DNA from: a bacterium
GTDB taxonomy: Bacteria; Cyanobacteriota; Vampirovibrionia; Gastranaerophilales; JBAXKC01
DNA: 26,835 nt
Direction: 5' to 3'
NCBI GenBank assembly: GCA_037137535.1
Contig: JBAXKC010000033.1
Location: 1-26,835, forward strand
The stretch's first letter is position 1. The number at the start of each line of letters is the position of its first letter. A program made the translations under genes and the position numbers. The notes beneath the pieces were generated by a model, which saw only the letters and a program-made list of their open reading frames with translations, was not told the DNA's origin and did not search any database. This document shows, in pieces, positions 1 to 9,972 of the stretch.

Positions 1-860
1 CATTTAATAATTCGGTTACAACATCACCAGCATTATCAACAGTATAGGTATCATCGCCTGCGCCACCAATCATTGTGTCGGCACCAGCTCCGCCGTTTAG
101 GACATTATCGCCGGAGTTTCCTGTTATGATATTGTTTAGAGCATTACCAGTTCCGTCAATATTGCTGTTGCCTGTTAAATTGAGATTTTCTACGTTATTT
201 CCTAATGAATAGGAAATACTTGAATTTACTGTATCTGTACCCTCATTTAATAATTCAGTTACAACATCATTTACGTTATCAACTGTGTAGGTGTCATCGC
301 CTGCGCCACCAATCATTGTGTCTGCTCCAGCTCCACCGTCTATTACGTTATCACCAGCATTACCTGTGATGATATTGTTTAGTGCGTTTCCTGTTCCGTC
401 AATATTGCTGTTGCCTGTTAAGTTTAAATTCTCTACGTTATTTCCTAATGAATAGGAAATACTTGCGTTTACTGTATCTGTACCCTCATTTAATAATTCG
501 GTTACAACATCATTAACGTTATCAACGGTGTAGGCATCATTACCTGCGCCACCAATCATTGTGTCAGCGCCAGCTCCACCGTCTAAGGTGTCGTTTCCTT
601 CGTTACCTGAAAGAATATTATTACCAGAATTCCCTATTATAATATTATCAAGTGAATTACCTGTACCATTGATATTAGATTGACCTAAAAGAGTTAAATT
701 TTCTAAATTAGCACCTAAAATATACGAAACAACTGATTTTACTAGATCAGTTCCTTCATTTAAATATTCAACAATTAAATCTGATAAACTATTTACTAAA
801 TAAGTATCATTACCTGCACCGCCAAATAATGTATTAGTGCCTAATCCACCGTCGATTGTA
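1..860 (-). repeat. Intragenic tandem repeats of the RTX block, 243-bp (81-aa) period
   Basis: CATTTAATAATTC(G/A)GTTACAACATC recurs at 1, 244 and 487; a diverged unit at 757 is 270 bp away (one extra nonapeptide). Confidence 0.9.
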
Positions 861-1597
861 TCGTTACCACCGCCACCATATATAATATCGTTAAAATCAC
901 CGCTTGTTAAAATATCATTGCCGTTTAAACCGTAAATTACAACTTGTAATGATTTAAAGATAATCTCGTCATTTACTTCTGTACCATATATTGTTTTTAA
1001 GGTTTCTTTGACTTCATCAATTACCTTCTTTATATTGGCATCATTATAATTCTCAAATTTAATATTTGATGGATTATTTATGTTTGATGAATCAATTGCC
1101 TTACTCACGTCCTGTTGCTGATTAGGTTGTGCAGCTTGAGCAACATTTAAATTTACAATTAAATTATCTACTTTATTTTCTTTAGCATTATCTTGATTAA
1201 TCTCAGAAAGAACTTGTCTAAGCGTTGATTCTTCAGACTTATTCTCATTGATATTAAGATTAGCTTCAACTTTTAAATTTAATTCTTTGTGATCAAGAAT
1301 TTTATATGTATTTTTTGACGACTCTGATTTTTCTTTGACTTGACCTAAATTAATATCTGTTACACTACGTTTAAATGTAACATTATTAGCTATTTTCTGT
1401 TGATTACCAACAGTTTCAACAGTACTATCTGATTTATTATATTTCTTGAAGGATTTATCATCAATGCTATCTTTGCTGGGATTAGCATCAGTATGGTATA
1501 AATTCTTCTCACAAGCATTACAAGTCTTATCGTTAATTGATAGACTTGTTCCGCAAAAAGGACATATTAAATAATTAGAATTAATACCATTCGTCAA
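1..1597 (-). CDS. RTX/hemolysin-type Ca-binding repeat protein with N-terminal zinc ribbon (3' end outside window; absent from ORF track)
   Basis: Manual translation from TTG at 1597: MTNGINSNYLICPFCGTSLSINDKTCNACEKNLY... The frame is open to base 2 and has repeated GGAGADTMIGGAGDDTYTVDN / GNALNNIITGN nonapeptide units. An in-frame TGA just upstream bounds the start. Confidence 0.88.
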   Translation of the reverse strand, partial: MTNGINSNYLICPFCGTSLSINDKTCNACEKNLYHTDANPSKDSIDDKSFKKYNKSDSTVETVGNQQKIANNVTFKRSVTDINLGQVKEKSESSKNTYKILDHKELNLKVEANLNINENKSEESTLRQVLSEINQDNAKENKVDNLIVNLNVAQAAQPNQQQDVSKAIDSSNINNPSNIKFENYNDANIKKVIDEVKETLKTIYGTEVNDEIIFKSLQVVIYGLNGNDILTSGDFNDIIYGGGGNDTIDGGLGTNTLFGGAGNDTYLVNSLSDLIVEYLNEGTDLVKSVVSYILGANLENLTLLGQSNINGTGNSLDNIIIGNSGNNILSGNEGNDTLDGGAGADTMIGGAGNDAYTVDNVNDVVTELLNEGTDTVNASISYSLGNNVENLNLTGNSNIDGTGNALNNIITGNAGDNVIDGGAGADTMIGGAGDDTYTVDNVNDVVTELLNEGTDTVNSSISYSLGNNVENLNLTGNSNIDGTGNALNNIITGNSGDNVLNGGAGADTMIGGAGDDTYTVDNAGDVVTELLN

Positions 1598-1811
1598 TAT
1601 TAATCACTCAACCCTTAACTCACTAGACCACATTAAAAAGGTTTTAGTAACTTTATACCATCTTATAGCAATTTTCAAACATTGTAATCAAACTAAAGAT
1701 GGGCTTATATCTGTATTTATATATTTAAACCTTAATTCTCAAGCATTTTAACAAACATAAAACAATTAAATACAGCTATAACAGTAAAATCAGCTTTTAT
1801 AATGATAAAAC

Positions 1812-1840
1812 TTGACTGAATTTAAGTTTTACTGTATAAA
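1812..1840 (+). promoter_or_regulatory. Putative sigma70 promoter of cysE
   Basis: TTGACT (1812-1817), 17-bp spacer, TATAAA (1835-1840). The AT-rich background lowers specificity. Confidence 0.45.
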
Positions 1841-1895
1841 ATACGGTTAACCGAACTTGCGTCAACAATCCGTATTCAAACAGGAAAGAGCTCAG

Positions 1896-2681
1896 ATGAT
1901 AATTAATCCGAAATATAATTCTAAAAGCTTGAATTATAATAACTCACTTATTATTAAAAACAAAAATTCTTTTACTTCTACTAAAAATCTCACATTAAAC
2001 TCTAAAAACTTACAAGAAAATAACAATTCTTTAAAAATAGCCGGTGGGATTACTTTCATGACTTTAGCACTTGGTTTTATTGATGTATTGGCACTAAAAG
2101 GTAACTTTATAAAAAAAATAACCTTTAATAAAATTGGATTTATTAAAACAGTTAGTAATGATGTAGAAAATGTCATAAAAAATGATGCCGCAACAAAAAA
2201 CAAGTTAGAAGCCTTATTATGCACACCAGGGCTACATGCACTATGGGCACACAGAATAGCTCATAAATTAAATAATCTGAATATACCAGTTTTGCCAAGG
2301 TTAATTTCAAATATATCTAGAACTATTACAGGAATAGAAATTCATCCCGGTGCTAAAATCGGAAAAAATGTATTTTTTGATCACACAGGTGCTATTGTCG
2401 GCGAAACAGCAGAAATTGGAAATAATGTAACAATAATTGGACGTGTCTGCTTAGGTGCAACAGGTAAAGAAAGAGGCGCAAGACATACAATTGTTGAAGA
2501 TAATGTTGTAATTGGAATGAATTCTGTTATGCTAGGACGAATTAAATTAAAAAAGAATTCAATTATTGGAGCAGGTTCACTAATAACAAAAGATGTTCCT
2601 GAAGGTGCTACTGTAATTGGAAATCCTGCCTTCATAATAAGATTAAATGAAAAGAAAATCGAAAAACCGATAAAACTCTAA
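1896..2681 (+). CDS. cysE: Serine O-acetyltransferase (short CysE/EpsC type) with long N-terminal extension
   Basis: NDAA..EALLCTPGLHALWAHRIAHKL...TGIEIHPGAKIGKNVFFDH-TGAIVGETAEIG...LGATGKERGARH hexapeptide beta-helix. ATG 1896 (after AGGAAAGAG) is preferred over TTG 1857. Confidence 0.85.
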   Translation: MIINPKYNSKSLNYNNSLIIKNKNSFTSTKNLTLNSKNLQENNNSLKIAGGITFMTLALGFIDVLALKGNFIKKITFNKIGFIKTVSNDVENVIKNDAATKNKLEALLCTPGLHALWAHRIAHKLNNLNIPVLPRLISNISRTITGIEIHPGAKIGKNVFFDHTGAIVGETAEIGNNVTIIGRVCLGATGKERGARHTIVEDNVVIGMNSVMLGRIKLKKNSIIGAGSLITKDVPEGATVIGNPAFIIRLNEKKIEKPIKL

Positions 2682-2889
2682 TGGTAATTATATTAATTTA
2701 TGTAACCATTATAAACAATATCTATTAAGTAAAAAAATTATGAGCTTTTTATTAATAACATTATTTGTAATAAACTAGAAGAAGAAGAATAAACTTTGTG
2801 GTAATGTTTATTAAATTCAATTAAAGATTCTAGTGAAATATTAATAAATAGTGCGATTGTGGGATATTTTATAATAGGGGTATTTTTTT

Positions 2890-5484
2890 ATGATTAATCT
2901 AGTGGGATTAACGGGCACTCAACAGCATAAACAACTCAAGAAAACAGAAAACCAGACTCAGAGCTATGCTATGCATAAGCTATTAACGTCTAATGTTTCT
3001 GACACAGTTAAATTAAATAAAATTAATAATAATATTTTAGAATTCAGGCAAAATGGAAAAAACATGAGCCTGATTTCTTTTAGTGGTTTAAAAAATCCGT
3101 ATGATGGACAAAAGCCTGCTTTACAAATGAGAGTGACAGGCGTTTTAAAACATCAAAAATCAACAGAACCAAATGCACAACCACTTGATATGAATATTAA
3201 TAAACTCGCAAACAGTAATTGGAAAGATGGGCAAGAAGTAAATTTTGATTTAGCTGAAGATTTCAAAGGGAACAAAATTATTAATTTAGAAGATCCTAAA
3301 TTTGGTGATATTGGTCGTGTTCCTGATGAAATTGCAAAAATAATTTACCCTTCAATAGAACGTAATCCTGAAAATTTCAAATTTGAATTATCTAACATAA
3401 TTGCAGGCACAACTAAAGGTGCTGAAACCATCGGATTAAGAGTAAACCTTCATTATACAGGTGATAATGAAGTTCAAGAAAGCAAAGTTAAAGAATGCTT
3501 TAATGAAGTATTGAACAGTAAAGATTGCAGCGAAAAAGTTTTATTATATCAACCAAAAACATCTCCTAAAGAAATACTAAAAATGATTTTAGATTATGAA
3601 ACAAAAGTAAACGGTGCTGAATCTGCTAAAGAAATGGATAAAATAATAAACAATATTGTTGGAGAAATTGAAAATCCAAAAAATAAAAAAATCCTTCTTG
3701 TCAGTCATTGCAAACCAGATGGAGATACAATAGGTTGTGGATTAGGTCTTAAAAATGCAATAGGATTAATGGATGAAACAAGAAAAGTAGATTGCACTAC
3801 TGATGATAAAGTTCCCGGCTTATTCAGAAGTAAAATTCCGGGTATTGACGGAGAAATGAAAAGACCTTTTAACCCTGAATATCTAAAAACATTAAATGAA
3901 CAAATTAAAACACTTGAAAAAAAACCATCTAATGCAATAGTTAAAGATCAAATTAAGGCTCTTAACTCAGAAATTGAATTAATGAAAGATCCTACAAAAC
4001 TACTTGATCCTAATGAAAAATATGATCTTGTTATAATGCTGGATATTCCAACTCCTACAAGATTTAGTGATAAATTTAAAAATTATCTTGAAGATGCAAA
4101 TAAAGTTATTTATATTGATCACCATCCTCATAGATTAAATGAGTGGGATAAAGCCGCTTCTAATATCGGTTTTGATATGAGTTTAATTCATCAAAATAAA
4201 CTAGCATGGATTGCAGAAACAGTTCCTGCTGCAACTCAACTTGTTTCAGTAATAGCCGATAAAATACTCCCGGGATTAAGTAGTATTGGCGATAAGACCG
4301 CTAAAGCCTCAGAAATATTTACAAAACCTGAACAAATGAAAAAACTTAACGCAATGGTAGCAAGCCTAGTTGTTGGTATGTCTACAGATACAGGAGCATA
4401 TACCAGAACTGCAAATTTACTACCTGAACACATGAAAGTTCCTGTTCAAGAAAGACCAAATTTCATGCCTGAAGGTCTATCCAAATGGCTTATGGATTTA
4501 ACAGATGGCGGAATTGATAAAAAATGGATGCGTGAAGAAATCAGCTATGATATTACTGATAAAAAGTCTACTAACCTTGATGCTTCTGCAAGAGATAAAA
4601 TGCTTAAATTTGCAATAGACGGCAAAACAGTAAATCCTGATCTTAGTTTAGGAACAATTTCTGTCAGCTATGACCAAATGTATGATGTATGGCAAGCTGC
4701 CAGAGAAGTAGAACCAGAAACTACAATGTTAGATGTTCAAAATGCTTTTAAATACTCTGAAGCATTAGGAGTATTAAGAAGTGACCCTGCTAAAAATCCT
4801 GCTAATAACAAAAAACCTAAGGGCAATGACAGTAGAAAACAACAGGTTACAGATTTGAATCAGCTTGCAAAAGAAAATTACAAGGGTAAATTTGATGATG
4901 ATAGAATAGCTGTTCTTGTAATTCAAGATAAAAAAGCTGGTGATCTTGATGAGAAAATGCAGATAGCACCCGAAAATGGTCTTAGAATTTCTATAAGATC
5001 AGCAGAAGGCAGCACCCATGCTGAAATGTTATGTAGTTTGTTTGATGGCGGTGGTCATGGTGGTGCGGCAGGTGGACGTGTTGATCTACCTGGAGTAACT
5101 GTTGATACTAAATTAGGAGTTGAAATTGACGGTAAGATAGAAAGAGATAACGAAGTAATCCTAGAAGCATTAAATAATAACTATGAAATAATGCACGATA
5201 AAAAATCTGATAATGGAGATTCTATCGTTAAAAAGATTAAAGTTGTAGAAGATGAAAATGGTAAAAATTGTGCAGGATTAATCGAAGATCTTACAGTTGC
5301 AATAAGAGCTAATCAAGAGCAAGAAAAACCGCAAGAATCAAATTTTAAAGCATTTAATAAACCTAGAAAGAATAATGGTTATAGAGAGCAAAATCACAAA
5401 TTTGAAAAGCCAATATTAAAGAAAAACAAACATATTAGCTTTGCAGGAATTGTAAGTAATTTCTTCTCCAAAAAGGCTGTATAA
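2890..5484 (+). CDS. DHH/DHHA1 phosphoesterase (NrnA-like) with N-terminal HIRAN-like domain and insertions
   Basis: DHH/DHHA1 motifs SHCKPDGDTIG, LVIMLD, YIDHH, STDTG, RISIRS, GGGHGGAAGG. N-terminal MRVTGV...DIGRVPDEIAKII resembles HIRAN. Confidence 0.85.
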   Translation: MINLVGLTGTQQHKQLKKTENQTQSYAMHKLLTSNVSDTVKLNKINNNILEFRQNGKNMSLISFSGLKNPYDGQKPALQMRVTGVLKHQKSTEPNAQPLDMNINKLANSNWKDGQEVNFDLAEDFKGNKIINLEDPKFGDIGRVPDEIAKIIYPSIERNPENFKFELSNIIAGTTKGAETIGLRVNLHYTGDNEVQESKVKECFNEVLNSKDCSEKVLLYQPKTSPKEILKMILDYETKVNGAESAKEMDKIINNIVGEIENPKNKKILLVSHCKPDGDTIGCGLGLKNAIGLMDETRKVDCTTDDKVPGLFRSKIPGIDGEMKRPFNPEYLKTLNEQIKTLEKKPSNAIVKDQIKALNSEIELMKDPTKLLDPNEKYDLVIMLDIPTPTRFSDKFKNYLEDANKVIYIDHHPHRLNEWDKAASNIGFDMSLIHQNKLAWIAETVPAATQLVSVIADKILPGLSSIGDKTAKASEIFTKPEQMKKLNAMVASLVVGMSTDTGAYTRTANLLPEHMKVPVQERPNFMPEGLSKWLMDLTDGGIDKKWMREEISYDITDKKSTNLDASARDKMLKFAIDGKTVNPDLSLGTISVSYDQMYDVWQAAREVEPETTMLDVQNAFKYSEALGVLRSDPAKNPANNKKPKGNDSRKQQVTDLNQLAKENYKGKFDDDRIAVLVIQDKKAGDLDEKMQIAPENGLRISIRSAEGSTHAEMLCSLFDGGGHGGAAGGRVDLPGVTVDTKLGVEIDGKIERDNEVILEALNNNYEIMHDKKSDNGDSIVKKIKVVEDENGKNCAGLIEDLTVAIRANQEQEKPQESNFKAFNKPRKNNGYREQNHKFEKPILKKNKHISFAGIVSNFFSKKAV

Positions 5485-5506
5485 GATAAACTTAATTATA
5501 TAGACA

Positions 5507-5535
5507 AAAGACGTGGTTTTAATAGCCACGTCTTT
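5507..5535 (+). terminator. Intrinsic terminator after the DHH gene
   Basis: AAAGACGTGGT-tttaata-GCCACGTCTTT hairpin followed by T-rich sequence. Confidence 0.7.
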
Positions 5536-5727
5536 ATCTTTATATAATTAATTCTGTATAGCTAATAGTCTAATGTAATAAATTAAAGAAAGTGAGACTA
5601 TCTTATAGACACAAACTTATTTATAATTTCAAATTGGAATATTTATATGATTAGTTACTCAACCGCATTTATAATAAAACTTTATAATTCTTTAACTTTA
5701 ATTATATTGAATTAGAGATTAAATTAA

Positions 5728-8700
5728 ATGAAAAATAAAGATGAATTATTAAATAATCTTATAAAAAAAATTAAAACTTCTTCAAATATTGAGGAAGACT
5801 TATTAGATATAGCCAAAAAAATTTCTGTTTTATATAATGTTGAAAGAGTAATATTTAGTGAATTTCCAAATAAGTATGCTTGTTTAGACTGGAATATCAA
5901 AGTTGATTTCTTAAACTCAATAAAAATGAAGAGTATTAAATCAATTGAAATTCATCAAGAAACTAAAGAATATTTAAGCGAATCTTTAATTAACAAAAAT
6001 AAAATTATTGTATCTGATTACATTAGAGAATCAAATTTTCCTGAACAAATGAAACAAAATTATGAAGAGCTTGGAATAAAATCAATTGTATCAGTAGCGA
6101 TAAAACAAGATAATAATGTATGGGGAACAATGTCTTTAGCCTCTGCTTACAGAAGACATTGGATAAATGAAGAAATAATTGACCTTCAAAAAATAGCTAC
6201 GGAACTTTATACAGAAATACAGAAAATAAAATTAGAATTAAAATATAAAGCTTCCTTAAAAAGAGAAGAAGCTATCAGGCTGATTACTGATGCAATCGGT
6301 GAATCACTTGATACAACAGTAATATTAAATAAAATATGTAATGTTGTTTTAAACTTATTTAATGTAGACAGGGTTGCAATTGCACAATTTGCGTCACTTA
6401 ATGATTATTTGAAATGGACGTGGGTAACTGAAGCAAAGGCTGATGATCAAATTATTGATCATAGTAAAGTTGAAGTTCCTTATGAAGTAGTGGAGTATTT
6501 AGGAGAAAATGCACATAAAGAGCCCTCTAAAATAATTATTGCTGATATGGAAGATGAAGCAGTGCCAAAGTTTTATCGTGAATTTCATAAGAAGCTAGGA
6601 ACTCAATCAATATTAAATGTTCCTATAAAAAAACAGAATAATATTTGGGGACTAATGGCTCTTTTTCAAAATGATTATAAAAGGCACTGGACAGAAAAAG
6701 ATATTGCGGTGATGAATAATATTTCAGATCAAGTTTATAATTTAATTAGACAAAGTGAATTATACTCTTCTACTTTACAATATGCCGAAAGAGAAAACTT
6801 ATTAAGAATATTAATTGAATCGTTAAGAAGCACTCTTGATATAAATGAATTAAAAAGTAAAATTGTCAGCGTAATCTGCAAAGCTATTGATGCAGATAGA
6901 TGCGCAATTATGCAATATGACAATAAAAATCATGTATTTATGGATGTAGATATTTATTCTCAATATTTGTCTTCTGATGATATAGATTCTCATATCGGTT
7001 TTAATTTGGAGCAAGATGAATTTACAATTTTCAAAGAATATTTTTTAAATCAAAATAAAGAATTATTAGTTCCAAATATTGATTCTCCACCTATAAATAT
7101 TGATTTAAAAATAATAAACATATTAAAAAAATTAAAAATTAAATCAAGTTATACTACTGCAATTACTCACAGAGATGAATTTTTAGGTATTCTTTATATT
7201 AACTATATGAAAAAAGAACGAATCTTTTCAGAAGATGAAATTGATTTTTTTAGAACTTTAGCAAGTCAAGCAGCAATCTCTCTTTTTCAATCAAATCTTT
7301 TCAAGATACAAAAAGAATCTACTGAAAGAGAATCTTTCTTGAGGCAAATAATCTTATCTTCTATTTCAACTCTTGATTATGAAAACACAATAAATACAAT
7401 TGTTAATATGACAGGAGATTTTTTTAAGGCAAACAGATGCTTTTTTATAGAATATAATCAAAAAAGTAAAAAATTAACATTTCCTATTAAGAGTTACCAA
7501 GAATATACTTCATCTGATAACATTAAAAAAATCACAGGTAGAATATTTACTAATGAAGAAACCGATGTATATAAAAAATTTATAATTGAATTAAAACAAG
7601 TAGTAAATACACAAGACACAGCAAAAGCAAATTTAACTGATACAACAAAGCGAATGATTATAGATGAATATGGAATAAAATCTTATCTTGTTGCACCAAT
7701 ATTTTATCAAGATATTCCAATTGGTATTCTAACTTTAAATTATACTGATACTTATAGAAAATTTTCAGAAGATGAAGTGAATTTATTTGTTTCAGTTGCC
7801 AATCAATCAGCAATAGTATTATATCAAGCCATGTTATTTCAAGAAGTGAGAGATTCAAAAAATACTGAATCATTATTAAAAAATATTACTAATGAAATAT
7901 TAATAAGTACAACATTAAAAGAAGCAATATACAATCTAACAAAAGAAATCGGTAAATTATTTGACGTTGATAGAGTTGTGTTTCGTCTATTTGATGTTGC
8001 AACCAAAAGTTTTACTGCGATTAAAGGGGAATTTCTAAAAAATGAAAATATTCCATCCGCAAGTGATACAAATTTTTACCCTAGCCTAGTTAATGACTAT
8101 CTAAATTATACTCTATTCATAGAACATAAAAATTTTATTATAGAAAATATAGAATCTTCAAATCATCCTGATATAGTAATAGATACTTTTAAAAAGCTAA
8201 ATATAAAATCAACAATAGCGTTTCCTATTATTTATAAAAACTCACCACTAGGTGTGATATTTTTAACAAATACAGAGTCATTTAATACATTAAATGACGA
8301 AGAAGTAGAAATATTACCATACATTGCTCAACAAGTTGCTCTGGCAATACATATGTATGACCTTAATTATAAACTAACGACTGCTCTTAATAATGAAGCT
8401 AGTTTAAGAGAAATAATTATTAATATTAGAAGTGCTAAAAATCACAAAGAACTATTTAATTATTTATTATATAAATTAATTAATATATTTAATGCTCAAA
8501 GAGCCTTACATCTTCATTATGATGAAAATTATAATCTCAATTTAGTTATTGAAAGTGTTGAAGATGAAAACTTTGAATTATTAAATAAAAATATTATTTT
8601 ATCTAATGATGATCTTATGTCATTATCAAAATATGAAATTGATAATGTTGTAGCTATAGATAATATTCAAGAGATAGATAATAATGAATTAATTTATAAA

Positions 8701-9576
8701 TTCAAAAAAATGAATATTTTATCTTTTGTTATTTATCCAATCAAAAAAAAGTTATCTGCTGATACAACGACTAACTCAATTGCCCCAACAATGATATGTT
8801 CGTCAGTGGCAAGAATATGGACTTCATCGGAAATTAGCTCATTTAGGCTTATTTTAGATACTGCCTTTATTATTTATCTTGAATTAAAACAAAGAAATGA
8901 AACTGAAGAAGTTAAACAAACATTTTTAGCAACTCTAACTCATGATCTAAGAAGTCCAATTCTTTCTGAACAAAAAGCACTGGAAGTAATAATCGGAAAG
9001 AAACTTGGAACAAAATTAGAAGAATTCACAGAGTATCTTAATGATATATATAAAACTAATGAAGAATTACTAAGAATAGTAAACAATATTTTAGCTGTAT
9101 ATCATTATGAATCGGGAAAAATTGAATTAACGATAACCTCTGAAAATATCTCCAGTATAATTAAAGACTCCGTCAAATCAATGATGCATTTAGCAAAAGA
9201 TGAAAATACAGAAATAATTATGCAAATTGAACCTGACTTATTAAATGTATTAATAGATAAAAATGAAATTCATAGAGTAATAATTAATTTAATCTCAAAC
9301 GCAATTAAGCATAATAAAAAAGGTACAAATATAACTGTTTCCGCAAAAAACATTGATAATGCAGTCCAAGTTTCAATTAAAGATAATGGTGGTGGAATTC
9401 CTAGCGAAGAAAAAAACAACATATTTCAAAGATACCCTACAACAAAAAGAAAAATTGGCACAGGATTAGGGCTATATCTTTCTAAACAAATAATAGATGC
9501 TCATAAGTCGAAAATATGGTTTGAATCAGAACAAGGAAAAGGAACAACCTTTTATTTTACCATACCAATTAAATAA
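5728..9576 (+). CDS. Soluble sensor histidine kinase with about six tandem GAF domains
   Basis: Repeated (D/E/N/Q)R(V/C/A)...(G/K/N)(I/T)xS...(A/P)I GAF units, several ending in RxW/F; H-box THDLRSP; N-box NLISNAIKH; G-boxes DNGGGI and GTGLGL. No transmembrane segment seen. Confidence 0.92.
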   Translation: MKNKDELLNNLIKKIKTSSNIEEDLLDIAKKISVLYNVERVIFSEFPNKYACLDWNIKVDFLNSIKMKSIKSIEIHQETKEYLSESLINKNKIIVSDYIRESNFPEQMKQNYEELGIKSIVSVAIKQDNNVWGTMSLASAYRRHWINEEIIDLQKIATELYTEIQKIKLELKYKASLKREEAIRLITDAIGESLDTTVILNKICNVVLNLFNVDRVAIAQFASLNDYLKWTWVTEAKADDQIIDHSKVEVPYEVVEYLGENAHKEPSKIIIADMEDEAVPKFYREFHKKLGTQSILNVPIKKQNNIWGLMALFQNDYKRHWTEKDIAVMNNISDQVYNLIRQSELYSSTLQYAERENLLRILIESLRSTLDINELKSKIVSVICKAIDADRCAIMQYDNKNHVFMDVDIYSQYLSSDDIDSHIGFNLEQDEFTIFKEYFLNQNKELLVPNIDSPPINIDLKIINILKKLKIKSSYTTAITHRDEFLGILYINYMKKERIFSEDEIDFFRTLASQAAISLFQSNLFKIQKESTERESFLRQIILSSISTLDYENTINTIVNMTGDFFKANRCFFIEYNQKSKKLTFPIKSYQEYTSSDNIKKITGRIFTNEETDVYKKFIIELKQVVNTQDTAKANLTDTTKRMIIDEYGIKSYLVAPIFYQDIPIGILTLNYTDTYRKFSEDEVNLFVSVANQSAIVLYQAMLFQEVRDSKNTESLLKNITNEILISTTLKEAIYNLTKEIGKLFDVDRVVFRLFDVATKSFTAIKGEFLKNENIPSASDTNFYPSLVNDYLNYTLFIEHKNFIIENIESSNHPDIVIDTFKKLNIKSTIAFPIIYKNSPLGVIFLTNTESFNTLNDEEVEILPYIAQQVALAIHMYDLNYKLTTALNNEASLREIIINIRSAKNHKELFNYLLYKLINIFNAQRALHLHYDENYNLNLVIESVEDENFELLNKNIILSNDDLMSLSKYEIDNVVAIDNIQEIDNNELIYKFKKMNILSFVIYPIKKKLSADTTTNSIAPTMICSSVARIWTSSEISSFRLILDTAFIIYLELKQRNETEEVKQTFLATLTHDLRSPILSEQKALEVIIGKKLGTKLEEFTEYLNDIYKTNEELLRIVNNILAVYHYESGKIELTITSENISSIIKDSVKSMMHLAKDENTEIIMQIEPDLLNVLIDKNEIHRVIINLISNAIKHNKKGTNITVSAKNIDNAVQVSIKDNGGGIPSEEKNNIFQRYPTTKRKIGTGLGLYLSKQIIDAHKSKIWFESEQGKGTTFYFTIPIK

Positions 9577-9631
9577 ATTATTTTACTCGAGTTGCTAATT
9601 TCAAATATAAAAAACCCGCCCGCAACCACCC

Positions 9632-9844
9632 ATAAGGGTTACAAAAACTAAAACTTCTTTTAGGACAGATGACAGTCTATTTAAGCTTTTATATCTTGTA
9701 AGTCAAAATATTGCTGAAAAGTGGACTATGCCAATTCATAACTGGTCTTTGATTTTTCAGCAACTTAGCGTATACTTTGAGGGAAGACTTCAAAAATCAA
9801 ATCTTCCTATCAGCACTTATTGTGTAAATTTAATTTCTATCTAA
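9632..9844 (+). pseudogene. IS256-family transposase C-terminal remnant
   Basis: Manual translation IRVTKTKTSFRTDDSLFKLLYLVSQNIAEKWTMPIHNWSLIFQQLSVYFEGRL matches the typical IS256 C-terminus. No start codon or upstream catalytic region. Confidence 0.8.
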
Positions 9845-9972
9845 ATCAGGAAAGTTTGTTAAGCTCCCCCCCATAAGTGACAAAGATGGTACACCTCTTT
9901 TGCAATTCTATATATTTTAAACAATTTAAAACTTAATAATAATAAGACTTTTGATCATTTGAGGGATTCAAG

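Noticed and set aside
1841-1875. ATACGG...CCGTAT hairpin in the cysE leader as a riboswitch
   Set aside because: The stem is short and does not match any riboswitch or T-box consensus I can verify; it would need a covariance search.
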